Notes: generated by a model not told the origin, from the sequence alone. Counted from the first letter of the stretch, positions 37,699 to 47,632 are shown. The stretch: 64,000 nt of DNA from Chloroflexota bacterium (GCA_963663275.1 OY760183.1:1504001-1568000); one strand, 5' to 3'. Numbers and translations are program-made.

Positions 37699-39114
37699 CT
37701 ACGATAGCGGCAACCACTTTGCCGCCCAACGCCGCCAGGGGTCTGTCGTTTCGTTCATCCAGACCATGAGGCGGCGCTCCAGGTCCCGCCGCGCGTCCTG
37801 ATAGGCCGGGTCTTCGCAGCGGTTCTCCAACTCATGGGGATCCCGCGCCAGGTCGTAGAGTTCGTCTACGGCATGCGGGTTATACACAAACTTATAGTGC
37901 GCATAGCGAATCATGCGGGAGGAAAAGAGACCCACTTCGTCACCGTGAAACTCGCAGCCCAACGTGTCCCGCCACGAAGCGTGCTCCGGGTCGCGCCACA
38001 GCGGTTGCAAGGCGCTGCCGTCCATATTCTCCGGGGCAGGCAGGTCTGCGGCCTCCAGAATGGTGGGCATGATGTCGATGAGGCTGGCGAACCGCGCCGT
38101 GGCGGTTCCCGCGGGAATCTGCCCGGGCCAGCGCATGATCAAGGGAATGTGGTAAACCTCCTGATAGAGCAGGGGGCCTTTGTTGAATTGACCGTGGCTG
38201 CCGGTGAAGTCGCCGTGATCGGTATTGTAGATAACGAGGGTATCGTCACGAATGCCGAGGTCGTCCAGCGTTTGCAGGAGCTTGGCAAAGAGGGAATCGA
38301 GATAGGTCACGTAGCCAAAGTACTTGGCTACGGCCGGTTGCCAGTCTGCCCACGTGAAGTTGTGCACGCCCCGATGAAACTTGTGCCGGACGTGCACCTG
38401 CGGCTTGTTTTCGAATTCATCGTGAAAATTCGGCCAGGGTGGAATCTGCTGCGGATCGTAGAGTGAGGCCCAAGGCTCAGGTATCACGTAGGGATGATGG
38501 GGTCCATTGAAGTCTACGCGCAAATAGAACGGCTGTCTGTGCTCGTACTCGCGGAGCAGGCGCATGCCTTCCTCCGCAAAGTAGTACATCAGGTTCCCCT
38601 CTTCCGGATACTGCTCGGTACCGGAGATGATGAACGTATCATTGGCGTAGTCGGCATAGACCGCGTCCGGCGGGGTTGGCGGACGCGCGGGCAGGCCGAG
38701 TTGCCGCCGGTAGCCGGCTATGCTCTGCGCCCCCACGTCGTGAAAGCCACGCGACTTGGGTTCGCCTTTGCGCCCAATATGCCACTTGCCGACGTGTCCG
38801 AGCCGGTAGCCGGCCTCATTCAGCAACTCGCTGAAGGTGATTTCCTCCGCAGGCAACTCCTCCTGAAGGGTTTCTGGCTGGCTGCAATTGTTGTAGATGC
38901 CGTTGTTGTGGGGATAGCGCCCCGTAACCATGGAAGCGCGCGCGGGCGAGCAAATCCCCGCGGGTGTGTAGGCTTCACCATAGTTGATGCCTTCCTGCGC
39001 CAAGCGATCCAGCGTGGGCGTGCGGCAGATGGGGCTGCCGTTCACGCCGACCACGTCGGAGCGCATCTGGTCGACCATGAGATGGAGAATGTTGGGTCGA
39101 TCCGACTGTGGCAT
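37699..39114 (-). CDS. Sulfatase (Cys-type)
   Basis: RPNIL..MVDQ.R, CSPARAS..TGRYP, GKWH, GPHHP and TDHGD motifs. Confidence 0.94.
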   Translation of the reverse strand: MPQSDRPNILHLMVDQMRSDVVGVNGSPICRTPTLDRLAQEGINYGEAYTPAGICSPARASMVTGRYPHNNGIYNNCSQPETLQEELPAEEITFSELLNEAGYRLGHVGKWHIGRKGEPKSRGFHDVGAQSIAGYRRQLGLPARPPTPPDAVYADYANDTFIISGTEQYPEEGNLMYYFAEEGMRLLREYEHRQPFYLRVDFNGPHHPYVIPEPWASLYDPQQIPPWPNFHDEFENKPQVHVRHKFHRGVHNFTWADWQPAVAKYFGYVTYLDSLFAKLLQTLDDLGIRDDTLVIYNTDHGDFTGSHGQFNKGPLLYQEVYHIPLIMRWPGQIPAGTATARFASLIDIMPTILEAADLPAPENMDGSALQPLWRDPEHASWRDTLGCEFHGDEVGLFSSRMIRYAHYKFVYNPHAVDELYDLARDPHELENRCEDPAYQDARRDLERRLMVWMNETTDPWRRWAAKWLPLS

Positions 39115-39344
39115 GGAAGCATCCCCGCTGTGTTGTCCTGGCTGCAAGTCCCTCCGGTCAGGAAAACAGTATATCACTCCGGCGGCGGTAGCCGCGCCGC
39201 GCGGCCGCGGCGCTGGTGACGCCGCGATGAAGGGATAGGCCGGGCGCGGGCTTCTCCTATTTCGGTCGGCGCCACTTTACACGATGCGGCAATTAGTGAT
39301 ATAGGTATGAATAGTGTATTTTCCGCCTAGTAGAATTGGAGACG

Positions 39345-41012
39345 ATGATGTCCCTAATCCAACGTATTGGAATCCGATCCGCCGTTTGGTGGCTGACGGC
39401 CTTGTTGTTTGCCGCCGTGTTGGCCGCGGGCTGCGCGGTGCAGCCGGTAACGATACAGGACGACGAGGCGCTGACGCTGGCGTACGTGGCCGAGGCCATC
39501 GAGTTCTTCGAGGAGAATGGGCTGGAGGCCACCGTCGAGCGCTACAATACCGAGGCCAGCATCGAGGGCGAACGGTCGCTGCTGCTCATCGACGTCGAAG
39601 AGGGCGTGGTGCTGGCGTCCGGAGCCGTCCCGAATCTTGTGGGCCAGTACGTTGGCCCCGGCGGGAACTTTCCGGTTGCCGCGCAATTGATGGAGAACGC
39701 CGCCGCAGATGGCTACTGGACCTCGCGGCAGGGGGTCAATTCGGCTACCGGCCAAGTTGAACCCCGGCGCATTCTTGCCGTGCTGCACGAGGGCCTCGTA
39801 TTCTCTGCGGGCCACTCGCTGTTGCAGGAGAACGTGGAAGAGGCCACGAAGGATTACGTGAACCGGGCGATCGAGCGCTACCAGCAAGAGGGCCTGGACG
39901 CCACCATCGCCTACTATAACAGCCAGGATAGCGTCGAGGGCCAGTTCTATCTCTTCCTGATGGACGCAAACGACATCTATCTGGCGCACCCGATCTTTCC
40001 GCATCTGATTGGCACGGACCTGAAGGACGTGGTCGGTTCGGACGGCCAGGAACTGGGCAAGGAGATCGCGCAGGCGACGGCGGACGGGTTGTGGGTGGAA
40101 TACCTGTGGCCGCATCCGGCGACCAGGCGGGAGCAGAAGAAGATTGCCTGGGCGGTAAGGCACGACGGGCTGCTGTTTGCCTCCGGCTACTATCTGGGAG
40201 AGCCGGAGACTGAGGAACCGGCGTGGCGCGGCGCGGACCCACGGGAGTACACGTTAGCCTACGTAGAGCGGGCGATCGAGCGGTACCAGCAGGGCGGGCT
40301 GGAGGCGCTGCTGAACCACTACAACAGCGTCGCCAGCTTCGAGGGCCAGTGGTATCTCTTTGCCACGGACGCGGACGACATCTACATCGTGCATCCGCTG
40401 CTAAACCGGCTGATCGGGACGGACATCAAGGACGTGGTGGGTTCGGACGGATACGAGTTGGGCAAGGCCTTGGCCGCGGCGACGGCAGAAGAAGGCGTGT
40501 GGGTAGAGTACCTGTGGCCGCATCCGGTGACGCTGAAGCAAGTGCCAAAGGTGGGCTACGCGGTGCGCTACGACGGACTCCTCTTTGCCTCGGGCTACTA
40601 CCCGGCGGAAGAAGACCCGGCGGCGCGGACGCGGGAGTACGTGCAGGAAGCGATCGCGTACTACGAGCGCGAGGGGTTGGAAGCCACGGTGAAGTTCTAT
40701 AACTCTGAGGAGAGTTTCGACGGGCAGTGGAATCTCTCGGTGTGGGACGCGAACGGCATCGCGATTGTCGCTCCCGTCCTCACCCGCTCGCTCGGCACGC
40801 ACATCGAGGACGTGAGGTTGCGGAGCGGCCGGGAACTCGGCAAGGAGTTTGCGGCAGCGGCTGAAGCCGGCGGTTGGGTGACCTACGCTGTGCCGAATGT
40901 CAGAACGTCGGAGGCCTTGTACGCTCACCAGTGGGTAATCAAGCACGACGGGCTGATCTTCGCGTCGCGCTACTACGACGACCAAGCCGACGTGCCTGAG
41001 GAAGGGCAATAA
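39345..41012 (+). CDS. Lipoprotein with four tandem single-Cache-like domains
   Basis: LAAGC lipobox and four repeats of YV..AI..Y...GL.A....YN......G..YLF..D...WVEY.WP.P...DGL.F.SG. Confidence 0.8.
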   Translation: MMSLIQRIGIRSAVWWLTALLFAAVLAAGCAVQPVTIQDDEALTLAYVAEAIEFFEENGLEATVERYNTEASIEGERSLLLIDVEEGVVLASGAVPNLVGQYVGPGGNFPVAAQLMENAAADGYWTSRQGVNSATGQVEPRRILAVLHEGLVFSAGHSLLQENVEEATKDYVNRAIERYQQEGLDATIAYYNSQDSVEGQFYLFLMDANDIYLAHPIFPHLIGTDLKDVVGSDGQELGKEIAQATADGLWVEYLWPHPATRREQKKIAWAVRHDGLLFASGYYLGEPETEEPAWRGADPREYTLAYVERAIERYQQGGLEALLNHYNSVASFEGQWYLFATDADDIYIVHPLLNRLIGTDIKDVVGSDGYELGKALAAATAEEGVWVEYLWPHPVTLKQVPKVGYAVRYDGLLFASGYYPAEEDPAARTREYVQEAIAYYEREGLEATVKFYNSEESFDGQWNLSVWDANGIAIVAPVLTRSLGTHIEDVRLRSGRELGKEFAAAAEAGGWVTYAVPNVRTSEALYAHQWVIKHDGLIFASRYYDDQADVPEEGQ

Positions 41013-41199
41013 AGCGAGTAGGCGCAGTGGTGCGACGAGGCACGCTGCGGCGCGTGTGCCGGTGGGGGCCTTTTCCCCGCTGCGCTCGCGCGGGATAAGC
41101 TAGGCAAACGGAGAGGCGGGGGAACACTCCCCCGCCTCCTCTACTTTAGGAGACTCTTGGGCATAGGTCTCCTATGCGCATAGGAGACCTTTACTTTAG

Positions 41200-41505
41200 G
41201 AGACCCTTGCGTGTAGGAGGCCTTCGCGTATAGGAGGCTTTTGCGTAACATAGGTCGGCGTGCGCTCAGGCCCCCTCTCCCTGGGGAGAGGGCCGGGGTG
41301 AAGGGGGAATCCGCGTCGGTTCCGCCCCATCTTGCAAGAATTGGGAATGATTCACCGCGAAATCTCCCCTCACCCTAATCCTCTCCCCACAGGAGAGGGA
41401 ATAAGAGGCGCGCGCTGGGGTTCGTCCGCTCCTTCTCCAGTTACGCAAAGGTCTCCACAGGGAGAGGGGACTGTTCGCCTCTCAGTGAAGTTTCGCAAAG
41501 GTCTC
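41200..41505. mobile_element. MITE family 2, copy 2 (inverted relative to copy 1)
   Basis: Its reverse complement aligns with 35832-36134 over the ends and internal segment. Flanked by tttag on both sides. Extra end fragments lie at 41150-41190. Confidence 0.7.
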
Positions 41506-41585
41506 TTTAGGGGTTGTGCGCCCCGGCCCCTTTGGGATGTTCCCGGCGCAGTGCGGCGCGCCGCCGCGCGCTCATGGGCGGCGGG

Positions 41586-42674
41586 CTAGCGAAACTGGGG
41601 CACGTCCAGCCAGACGCCGCCCCGCATGGCGGCGTCGTGGGCCACGATGCCGGGCGCGGTAAACTCCACGGCCCGCACGGCGTCGATGGGCGCTTTCGTA
41701 TTGGTGTCGATTGCGTTTATGAAGTCCTGCACCATGAAGTATTCGGACGTGCCGTGGCCGCCGTGCCGGGCTTCCGGCGGCGCGTTGGGGTCCACCAGCG
41801 GACAGGCAATTTCCTCCGCCCCCGCCTGCTTGGACATGGTGTCCACGTTGAAGTAACGTCCGGTGGAGGCGCTGTTTTCTATGTGGCGGCCGTTCTCGAT
41901 GAAGCCCTTGGCGCCGTACAGCGTGTAGTAGACCGAATGCGGATGCCGGTGCGCCACCTGGCTGCGCAGGATCTTGACCACGTGGCCGCGCGCGGTCTGG
42001 AAGAGCCCCACTTCCATGTCCAGGTGGCCCAAGTCCTCCTCGTCCGGGTGCATGTTGCGGCCGGCGGAAGCGCCGGTAGCTTTCACGATGCGGTCGTCCA
42101 TGAGCGTGAGCACCGGGCCGAGGGTGTGGGCGCAGTACCAGATCGGCGCGCGGGGCAGCCGCCACTTGGGTTTGCCGGTTTCCGGGTCGCGCAGCAGGTC
42201 GGCAATCTCGTGGACGTACTCCGCCTCCGCGTAGAAGAGCGTGCCCAGCGCGCCTTGCCCGATGAGGTCGCGCCACCCGCGGATGTAGTGGAAGTAGCAG
42301 TAGTTCTCCGCCATCATGTAGACCTTGCCGGTGCGCTCCTGGGCGGCGATGACCGCCGCGCACTCGTCCAGGGTGTAGGCCACGGTCTGCTCGCAGAGCA
42401 CGTGCTTGCCGCTCTCCAGGGCGGCGATAGCCTGCGGCGCGTGAAACTCGATCGGCGTGGCGATGACGATGACGTCCAGCGGCGCGTTGACAAAGTCGTC
42501 GAACGCGGTAAAGAGCCGGTTGTCCGGCAGGCTGAAGTCCGCGGCCATCGTGGTCAGCGTGTCTTCATTCAGGTCGCAAAGCGCCGCGACCGCGACGCGG
42601 GGATGCGCCGCCAAGGCGCGCACGAGACCCCCGCCGCGGCGGAGGCCGACGAAGCCGACGTGTAGTTTAGCCAT
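41586..42674 (-). CDS. Gfo/Idh/MocA family oxidoreductase
   Basis: VGFVGL.RG, GKHVLCE, YMMAENYCY, EAEYVH and GGHGTSEYF motifs. Confidence 0.9.
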   Translation of the reverse strand: MAKLHVGFVGLRRGGGLVRALAAHPRVAVAALCDLNEDTLTTMAADFSLPDNRLFTAFDDFVNAPLDVIVIATPIEFHAPQAIAALESGKHVLCEQTVAYTLDECAAVIAAQERTGKVYMMAENYCYFHYIRGWRDLIGQGALGTLFYAEAEYVHEIADLLRDPETGKPKWRLPRAPIWYCAHTLGPVLTLMDDRIVKATGASAGRNMHPDEEDLGHLDMEVGLFQTARGHVVKILRSQVAHRHPHSVYYTLYGAKGFIENGRHIENSASTGRYFNVDTMSKQAGAEEIACPLVDPNAPPEARHGGHGTSEYFMVQDFINAIDTNTKAPIDAVRAVEFTAPGIVAHDAAMRGGVWLDVPQFR

Positions 42675-43020
42675 GGTTTGTGCCTTTCTGAAATAACCCA
42701 CGATTGAATGCGATGCGGCCCGCTCGCCGCCGCTTCCGCTTACGGCGTCCTCAGAACGAGAATGGGACAGCTTTTCACGGGGATGGCGGGAGTGTAGTGC
42801 TGCCAAATTGACGAATTGCCGCCGCGATAGGGCGTAACGGCATTCGTTGAGCGAACGGCGCAGGCGCCCGCATAGCGTTGACAGCCACGCCGCGCGCGTG
42901 GGACGATTATAGCCGCACAGGCGTTGCGGTGTGAAGCTTGCGGAGAGACTCCTTGCCTTGACGCTTGGTGTGCAAGCGATCGTGGTGAACGTGTGATTTC
43001 TTCCTGGAAGGACGCTTGGG

Positions 43021-43251
43021 ATGGAAAACTACGAGTTCTGGGTCACAATCGCCACGATTGTGCTGGCCGCGGTTGCAATTATCGGTTTTGTTACCCGCGG
43101 GCAGGAGAGTCTGCGCGTAGAATTCCGCGAAATCAACGCGCGCCTCTCAAGTCTGGAGGCGCGTGTTTCGAGTCTCGAGCAGCGCGTGGCTCGACTGGAA
43201 GGGCTGTTCGAGGAGTTGCGGGACATAGTCCGGCAAAGAAACAGAAAATAA
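43021..43251 (+). CDS. Small TM plus coiled-coil hypothetical protein
   Basis: N-terminal hydrophobic helix and heptads RLSSLEA-RVSSLEQ-RVARLEG. Confidence 0.7.
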   Translation: MENYEFWVTIATIVLAAVAIIGFVTRGQESLRVEFREINARLSSLEARVSSLEQRVARLEGLFEELRDIVRQRNRK

Positions 43252-43350
43252 GCATGAGTATCGCGATGGGAGATATGGGAAGTTTGCCGGGATAGTAATC
43301 GCGATGCTCAGAGCGCCCGCTCCAGAGCGCATTTACCGCTTCGATGAGTA

Positions 43351-43387
43351 AGAAGAGGCGCGTCGCCCCAGGCGACGCGCCTCTTCT
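43351..43387. terminator. Hairpin between convergent genes (probable bidirectional terminator)
   Basis: 17-bp stem agaagaggcgcgtcgcc / ggcgacgcgcctcttct. Confidence 0.75.
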
Positions 43388-43411
43388 CTTCGTCTCTTCG
43401 TTCCGGCACCC

Positions 43412-45733
43412 CTATGCAGAAGGCTCGCCGTTCGACTTTGCCTCCTTCAGTGCCATCACGATGCGCTCCGGCGTGAGCGGCATGTTGTGCAGCGGGATGC
43501 CGAGGGCGTCGCTGATCGCGCTGGTGATGGCCGCGCCCGGGGGCACGATGCTCGGCTCGCCCACGATGCGGGTGCCGTGCCAGCCGTACGGGTTGTACTT
43601 CTCCACGATGACGGCGTCCACGTTGGGCACGTCCGCCGCCGTGGGCAGGCGGTAGTCGAGCAGGCCGGGATTACGCACGCGGCCGTCGTCGTCGTAGACG
43701 ATCTCTTCCAGCAGAGCGTAGCCGACGCCCTGGATGGTGCCGCCCTGGATCTGGCCTTTCACCGAAAGCGGATTGATGGCAAAGCCGGCGTCCTGCACGC
43801 CCACCAGGTTGAGAATGGTCACCAGGCCGGTCTCGGTGTCCACTTCCACGTCGGCGATGGTGCCGGCGAACCCCGGGTTGCCGCGGGCCGGCTTGCCGTG
43901 GCCGGTGCCGGTGATAGGCCCGTTGGCCGAGCCGACGGCCTCATCCGCAATGCGCCGGTACGTGACGTAGCGGTCGGGGTCGCCGTTGGCCCACATCTTG
44001 CCGTCGTCGAACTCGATGTCCTCGGCGTCCGCGCCCAGGCGCTGGGCCGCCACCGCTTTCATCTGCCCCAGCACGTCGTGGGCCGCCGCGGCGGTGGAGA
44101 GGCTCATGGTATAGGTGACCTGGCTGCCGCCGGCCACCGGGCCAAAGGGCGCTTCGTTCGTGTCGCCCTGGTGCACGCTGACGTATTCCAGCGGCACACG
44201 CAACTCCTCAGCCGCGACCTGGGCGATGGAGGTGGTCGAACCGGTGAGGTTGATAGTGCCGACGAGCACGCTGAACGAGCCGTCCGCTTCCAGCTTCATG
44301 GTGGCGGCGGAACCGCCCGCGCCGCCGGACCAGCAGCCGATGGCCATGCCCCGGCCGCGCGGCTTCCCGTTGGCGTCCTGTTCCAGAGGCGTATTCCAGA
44401 CCTCATGGTCTTTGATGGCTTCCAGCACCTCAACCGCGCCCACGTCGGGCAGCGGCTGGCCGTTGGGCCAGCGATCGCCTTCGCCGATGGCGTTGCGCAG
44501 GCGGAACTCCACCGGGTCCATGCCGATGCCCTGGGCAACCCAGTTCATCACGTTTTCCACGGCGTGCGCCGAATTCGGCGCGCCCGGCGCGCGGTACGCG
44601 CCCACGCTCACCTTATTGGTCAGTACCTCCAGGCCTTCCAGTTCCATGTTGGGGAAGACGTAGCAACTGCCCAGGAGCATGGTGGCCGTGGACATGGGCG
44701 AGCCGGGATACGCGCCGGTGTCCATGACCACGCGGCCTTGCAGCGCGGTGATGGCGCCGTCGCGCTTTGCCCCGATCTTCACGTCGATAACCGACTGCGG
44801 GGCCGGATTGGCGGCCACGAGTTCCTCGCTGCGGCTCCACACCACCTTTACCGGGCGGCGCGCCTTCTTGGAGAGGATGGCCGGAATGGGCGCGAGCAGC
44901 GTCATCTTGCCGCCGAAGCCGCCGCCGATGGCGGTGCCCTGCACGATGACCTTGTGGGCCGGCAGCTTGAGCAGGCGCGCCACCGTATCCCGCACGTAGA
45001 ACTGGCCCTGGGACGTGACCCACATGCGCATGTCGCCGGACGGCGAGTAGTCTGCCAGCGCGGCGTGGGGCTCCAGATAGGTTTGGTGGACCATGGCCGC
45101 CGTAAAGCGGCCTTCCCTGATCACATCCGCTTCGGCGAAGCCTTCATCGACGTCGCCGCGCGAGAATTGCACCTGCGAGGAGACGTTGCCGGATTCATCT
45201 AGGTCTTCGGCGGACGAAGCCACGGAAGAGTGGAAGGACATCTCGGTGCGGTCGATTTCGCCGCCGTCGCCGTGGCGAATGGCGGGCGCGTTGGGTTCCA
45301 TAGACTCCAACGGGTCCAGGACGTGGGGCAGAGGTTCGTAATCGACCTCGATGAGTTCCAGCGCCGCTTCCGCGTCCTCCATCGTGACGGCCGCCACCGC
45401 CGCGATCGGCTCGCCCAGGAAGAGGGCAAAGTCCCCGGCGAACACGTTGTGCGGGCGCGAGGTGGGTTCCACCACGTCGTCGTCGAAGTCGGCGGCCGTG
45501 GCCACCGTAACGACGCCTTGGGCCGCCAGCGCCTTGGTATAGTCGATGCTTCTGATGCGGGCGTGGGCGTAGGGGCTGCGCAGTATCGCGCCCCAGAGCA
45601 TGCCGGGCAGCGAGAAGTCCGCGCCAAACTTGGTCGCGCCGGTGACGTTCTCGATGCCGTCGACGCGACTCACCGGTTGGCTGGCGACGCGCAGCGCGGT
45701 CTGCTGCTGGGGACGTTCGACCACTTTTGCCAT
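43412..45733 (-). CDS. Xanthine dehydrogenase family molybdopterin-binding large subunit
   Basis: LRSPYAHARI, IGGGFGGK, AYRAPG, GQIQGG..QG.G and GEP motifs. Confidence 0.93.
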   Translation of the reverse strand: MAKVVERPQQQTALRVASQPVSRVDGIENVTGATKFGADFSLPGMLWGAILRSPYAHARIRSIDYTKALAAQGVVTVATAADFDDDVVEPTSRPHNVFAGDFALFLGEPIAAVAAVTMEDAEAALELIEVDYEPLPHVLDPLESMEPNAPAIRHGDGGEIDRTEMSFHSSVASSAEDLDESGNVSSQVQFSRGDVDEGFAEADVIREGRFTAAMVHQTYLEPHAALADYSPSGDMRMWVTSQGQFYVRDTVARLLKLPAHKVIVQGTAIGGGFGGKMTLLAPIPAILSKKARRPVKVVWSRSEELVAANPAPQSVIDVKIGAKRDGAITALQGRVVMDTGAYPGSPMSTATMLLGSCYVFPNMELEGLEVLTNKVSVGAYRAPGAPNSAHAVENVMNWVAQGIGMDPVEFRLRNAIGEGDRWPNGQPLPDVGAVEVLEAIKDHEVWNTPLEQDANGKPRGRGMAIGCWSGGAGGSAATMKLEADGSFSVLVGTINLTGSTTSIAQVAAEELRVPLEYVSVHQGDTNEAPFGPVAGGSQVTYTMSLSTAAAAHDVLGQMKAVAAQRLGADAEDIEFDDGKMWANGDPDRYVTYRRIADEAVGSANGPITGTGHGKPARGNPGFAGTIADVEVDTETGLVTILNLVGVQDAGFAINPLSVKGQIQGGTIQGVGYALLEEIVYDDDGRVRNPGLLDYRLPTAADVPNVDAVIVEKYNPYGWHGTRIVGEPSIVPPGAAITSAISDALGIPLHNMPLTPERIVMALKEAKSNGEPSA

Positions 45734-45802
45734 GGTTTCTCCTCCTCGCGTGTGCTTTTGCTTACAGCGTGCGGCAGGCGCCTGGCCGCTAACGGGCCGG
45801 TG

Positions 45803-46327
45803 CTATTCGCCTTCAGGTTCCGGCACGAGTTCCTGCGGTTCCGGGGACACCTCGATGCGTTCTACTCTGCCGTCGATAACGGAGTGCAGGGCGGTCATAA
45901 TGGTTTCGTAGCCGGTGCAGCGGCAGAGGTTGCCGGCAACGCCCATGCGCAGTTCGTCGTCGGTGGGATTGGGGTTGTCGCGCAGGTAGGCGGTTGCCAT
46001 CACCACGAAGCCCGGCGTGCAGATGCCGCACTGGGTCGCGCCTTCACTCACGAAAGCCGACTGGACTTCATTGAGTTTGTCGTCGGTCACCAGGCCCTCG
46101 ACGGTGGTGACCGCCGCGCCCTCGGCTTCCACGGCCAGGGTCAGGCAGGAGTGGTGCGGGTCGCCGTCAATGAGCACGGTGCACGCGCCGCAATCGCCGG
46201 TGCCGCAGCCTTCCTTCGCGCCGGTGAGGCCCAGGTCTTCGCGCACGAAGTCGAGCAGCCGCACCTGCGGCTCCACGACGCGCTTCACCGCTACGCCGTT
46301 TACCGTGAGTTGCAACGGATAGTCCAT
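45803..46327 (-). CDS. (2Fe-2S)-binding small subunit (CoxS-like)
   Basis: GC.TGDCGACTV...SC, QCGICTPG and NLCRCTGY motifs. Confidence 0.95.
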   Translation of the reverse strand: MDYPLQLTVNGVAVKRVVEPQVRLLDFVREDLGLTGAKEGCGTGDCGACTVLIDGDPHHSCLTLAVEAEGAAVTTVEGLVTDDKLNEVQSAFVSEGATQCGICTPGFVVMATAYLRDNPNPTDDELRMGVAGNLCRCTGYETIMTALHSVIDGRVERIEVSPEPQELVPEPEGE

Positions 46328-46371
46328 CGCTTGTGCTGCCTCCAAGAGTGTGATGCTGCTGTCGGGTGTGG

Positions 46372-47250
46372 TTAGCTTGCCGAGCGGGCGCGCTCGATTG
46401 CCGTGGCCAAGGCGCGCCGGGTGTAGACGTCCACCATCATGCGGCGGTACTCCGCCGAGGCGCGCACGTCCGAAATCGGACGGGAGTCGGCGGCGGCGGC
46501 CTCGCCGGCGTCCGCCAGGGTTTTGTCGTTGACCGGCTGGCCGCGCAGCGCCTGCTCCGCGGTCGTCGCGTGAGGCCAGGTGGGCGCGACCGCGGAGAGC
46601 ACCACGCTGGCGTCCTTGATCGTTTCCAAGTCGTCTTCCAACGTCACCAGGGCCGCGATGCCGACCACGGCGATGTCCATTTCCCGCCGGGGCACGTGGC
46701 GCACGTAGCGCGTGCCGGTGTGGGCGGGCAGCGCCGGCACGGAGAAGGACTGGATCAACTCGCCGGGTTCCAGGGCCAGTTGACCCGGGCCGGTCATGAG
46801 GTCGCCCACCGGGGCCGTGCGCGTCCCTTTCGCGCCCACGATGCGGGCCGATGCGCCGGCGGCGACCAGGGGCGGGGCGGCGTCGGCGCTGGGGGCGGCG
46901 TTGCCCACGTTGCCGCCCAGCGTGCCGCGATTGCGTATCTGTATAGACCCGAGCAGTTCCGCGCCTTCGCTGATGAAGAGGGCGCGCTCCTGTACGAGGG
47001 GGCTGTGGTTCACCTCATGGCCGGACGCCATCGCGCCGATGGTCAGCGAGCCGTCGGCCTCCTGGCTGATGCCCTTCATGTCCGCAAGGTTGCGCAAACT
47101 GACGATGAGGCGCACCCGGCGTCCGCGCTCCCTCATTTGCACGATGAGGTCCGTGCCGCCGGCCAGGGCGCGCGCCTCGTCGCCCCGATCCGCCAGCAGC
47201 GCACAGGCTTCATGGGTTTGCGTTGGCGCAGCATAGTCGAAACGTCTCAC
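46372..47250 (-). CDS. FAD-binding medium subunit (CoxM-like)
   Basis: LAGGTDL, QIRNRGTLGGN..NA.PSAD and PISDVRASAEYR motifs. Confidence 0.94.
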   Translation of the reverse strand: MRRFDYAAPTQTHEACALLADRGDEARALAGGTDLIVQMRERGRRVRLIVSLRNLADMKGISQEADGSLTIGAMASGHEVNHSPLVQERALFISEGAELLGSIQIRNRGTLGGNVGNAAPSADAAPPLVAAGASARIVGAKGTRTAPVGDLMTGPGQLALEPGELIQSFSVPALPAHTGTRYVRHVPRREMDIAVVGIAALVTLEDDLETIKDASVVLSAVAPTWPHATTAEQALRGQPVNDKTLADAGEAAAADSRPISDVRASAEYRRMMVDVYTRRALATAIERARSAS

Positions 47251-47632
47251 GCGTCCTGTTTCCTCCGGATGCTTTGCGCCGCTCAGCGGCAGTTGATGAT
47301 CGTATTTCCGCGTTCGGCTCAGTTACGTAGATACCATACCATAGCGCGCACATAGCGTAAATGGAGCAGGCGCGCCGCGTCCGGCGATGGTGGCATACAC
47401 GCGGGTTTAGGATTCCCGTTTGTGCGGCTCGCGGCGGGGCGGCGGGCGCCGGCGCGTGAGTGCGGTGAAGCGGCGCTGCGGTACAGGCAGGCCGGCGCCG
47501 CCTGCCGTGCTAGACAATCACGAATAAAGTCTGGTAACGTGGATTATTGGATGAGTAAGTAGGTTGATTGCGGTTCAGAGAAACGAGGACGTTCCTGGAC
47601 CACGAGTTCATGCGCTTTGAGGAGGTCAGAGC

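Noticed and set aside
43412-45733. Aerobic CO dehydrogenase (coxL)
   Set aside because: It lacks the AYxCSFR and AYxGAGR signatures.
47251-47632. Glutamine riboswitch or GlnR/TnrA box upstream of glnA
   Set aside because: I could not recognise a convincing consensus by eye. An Rfam or motif scan would be needed.
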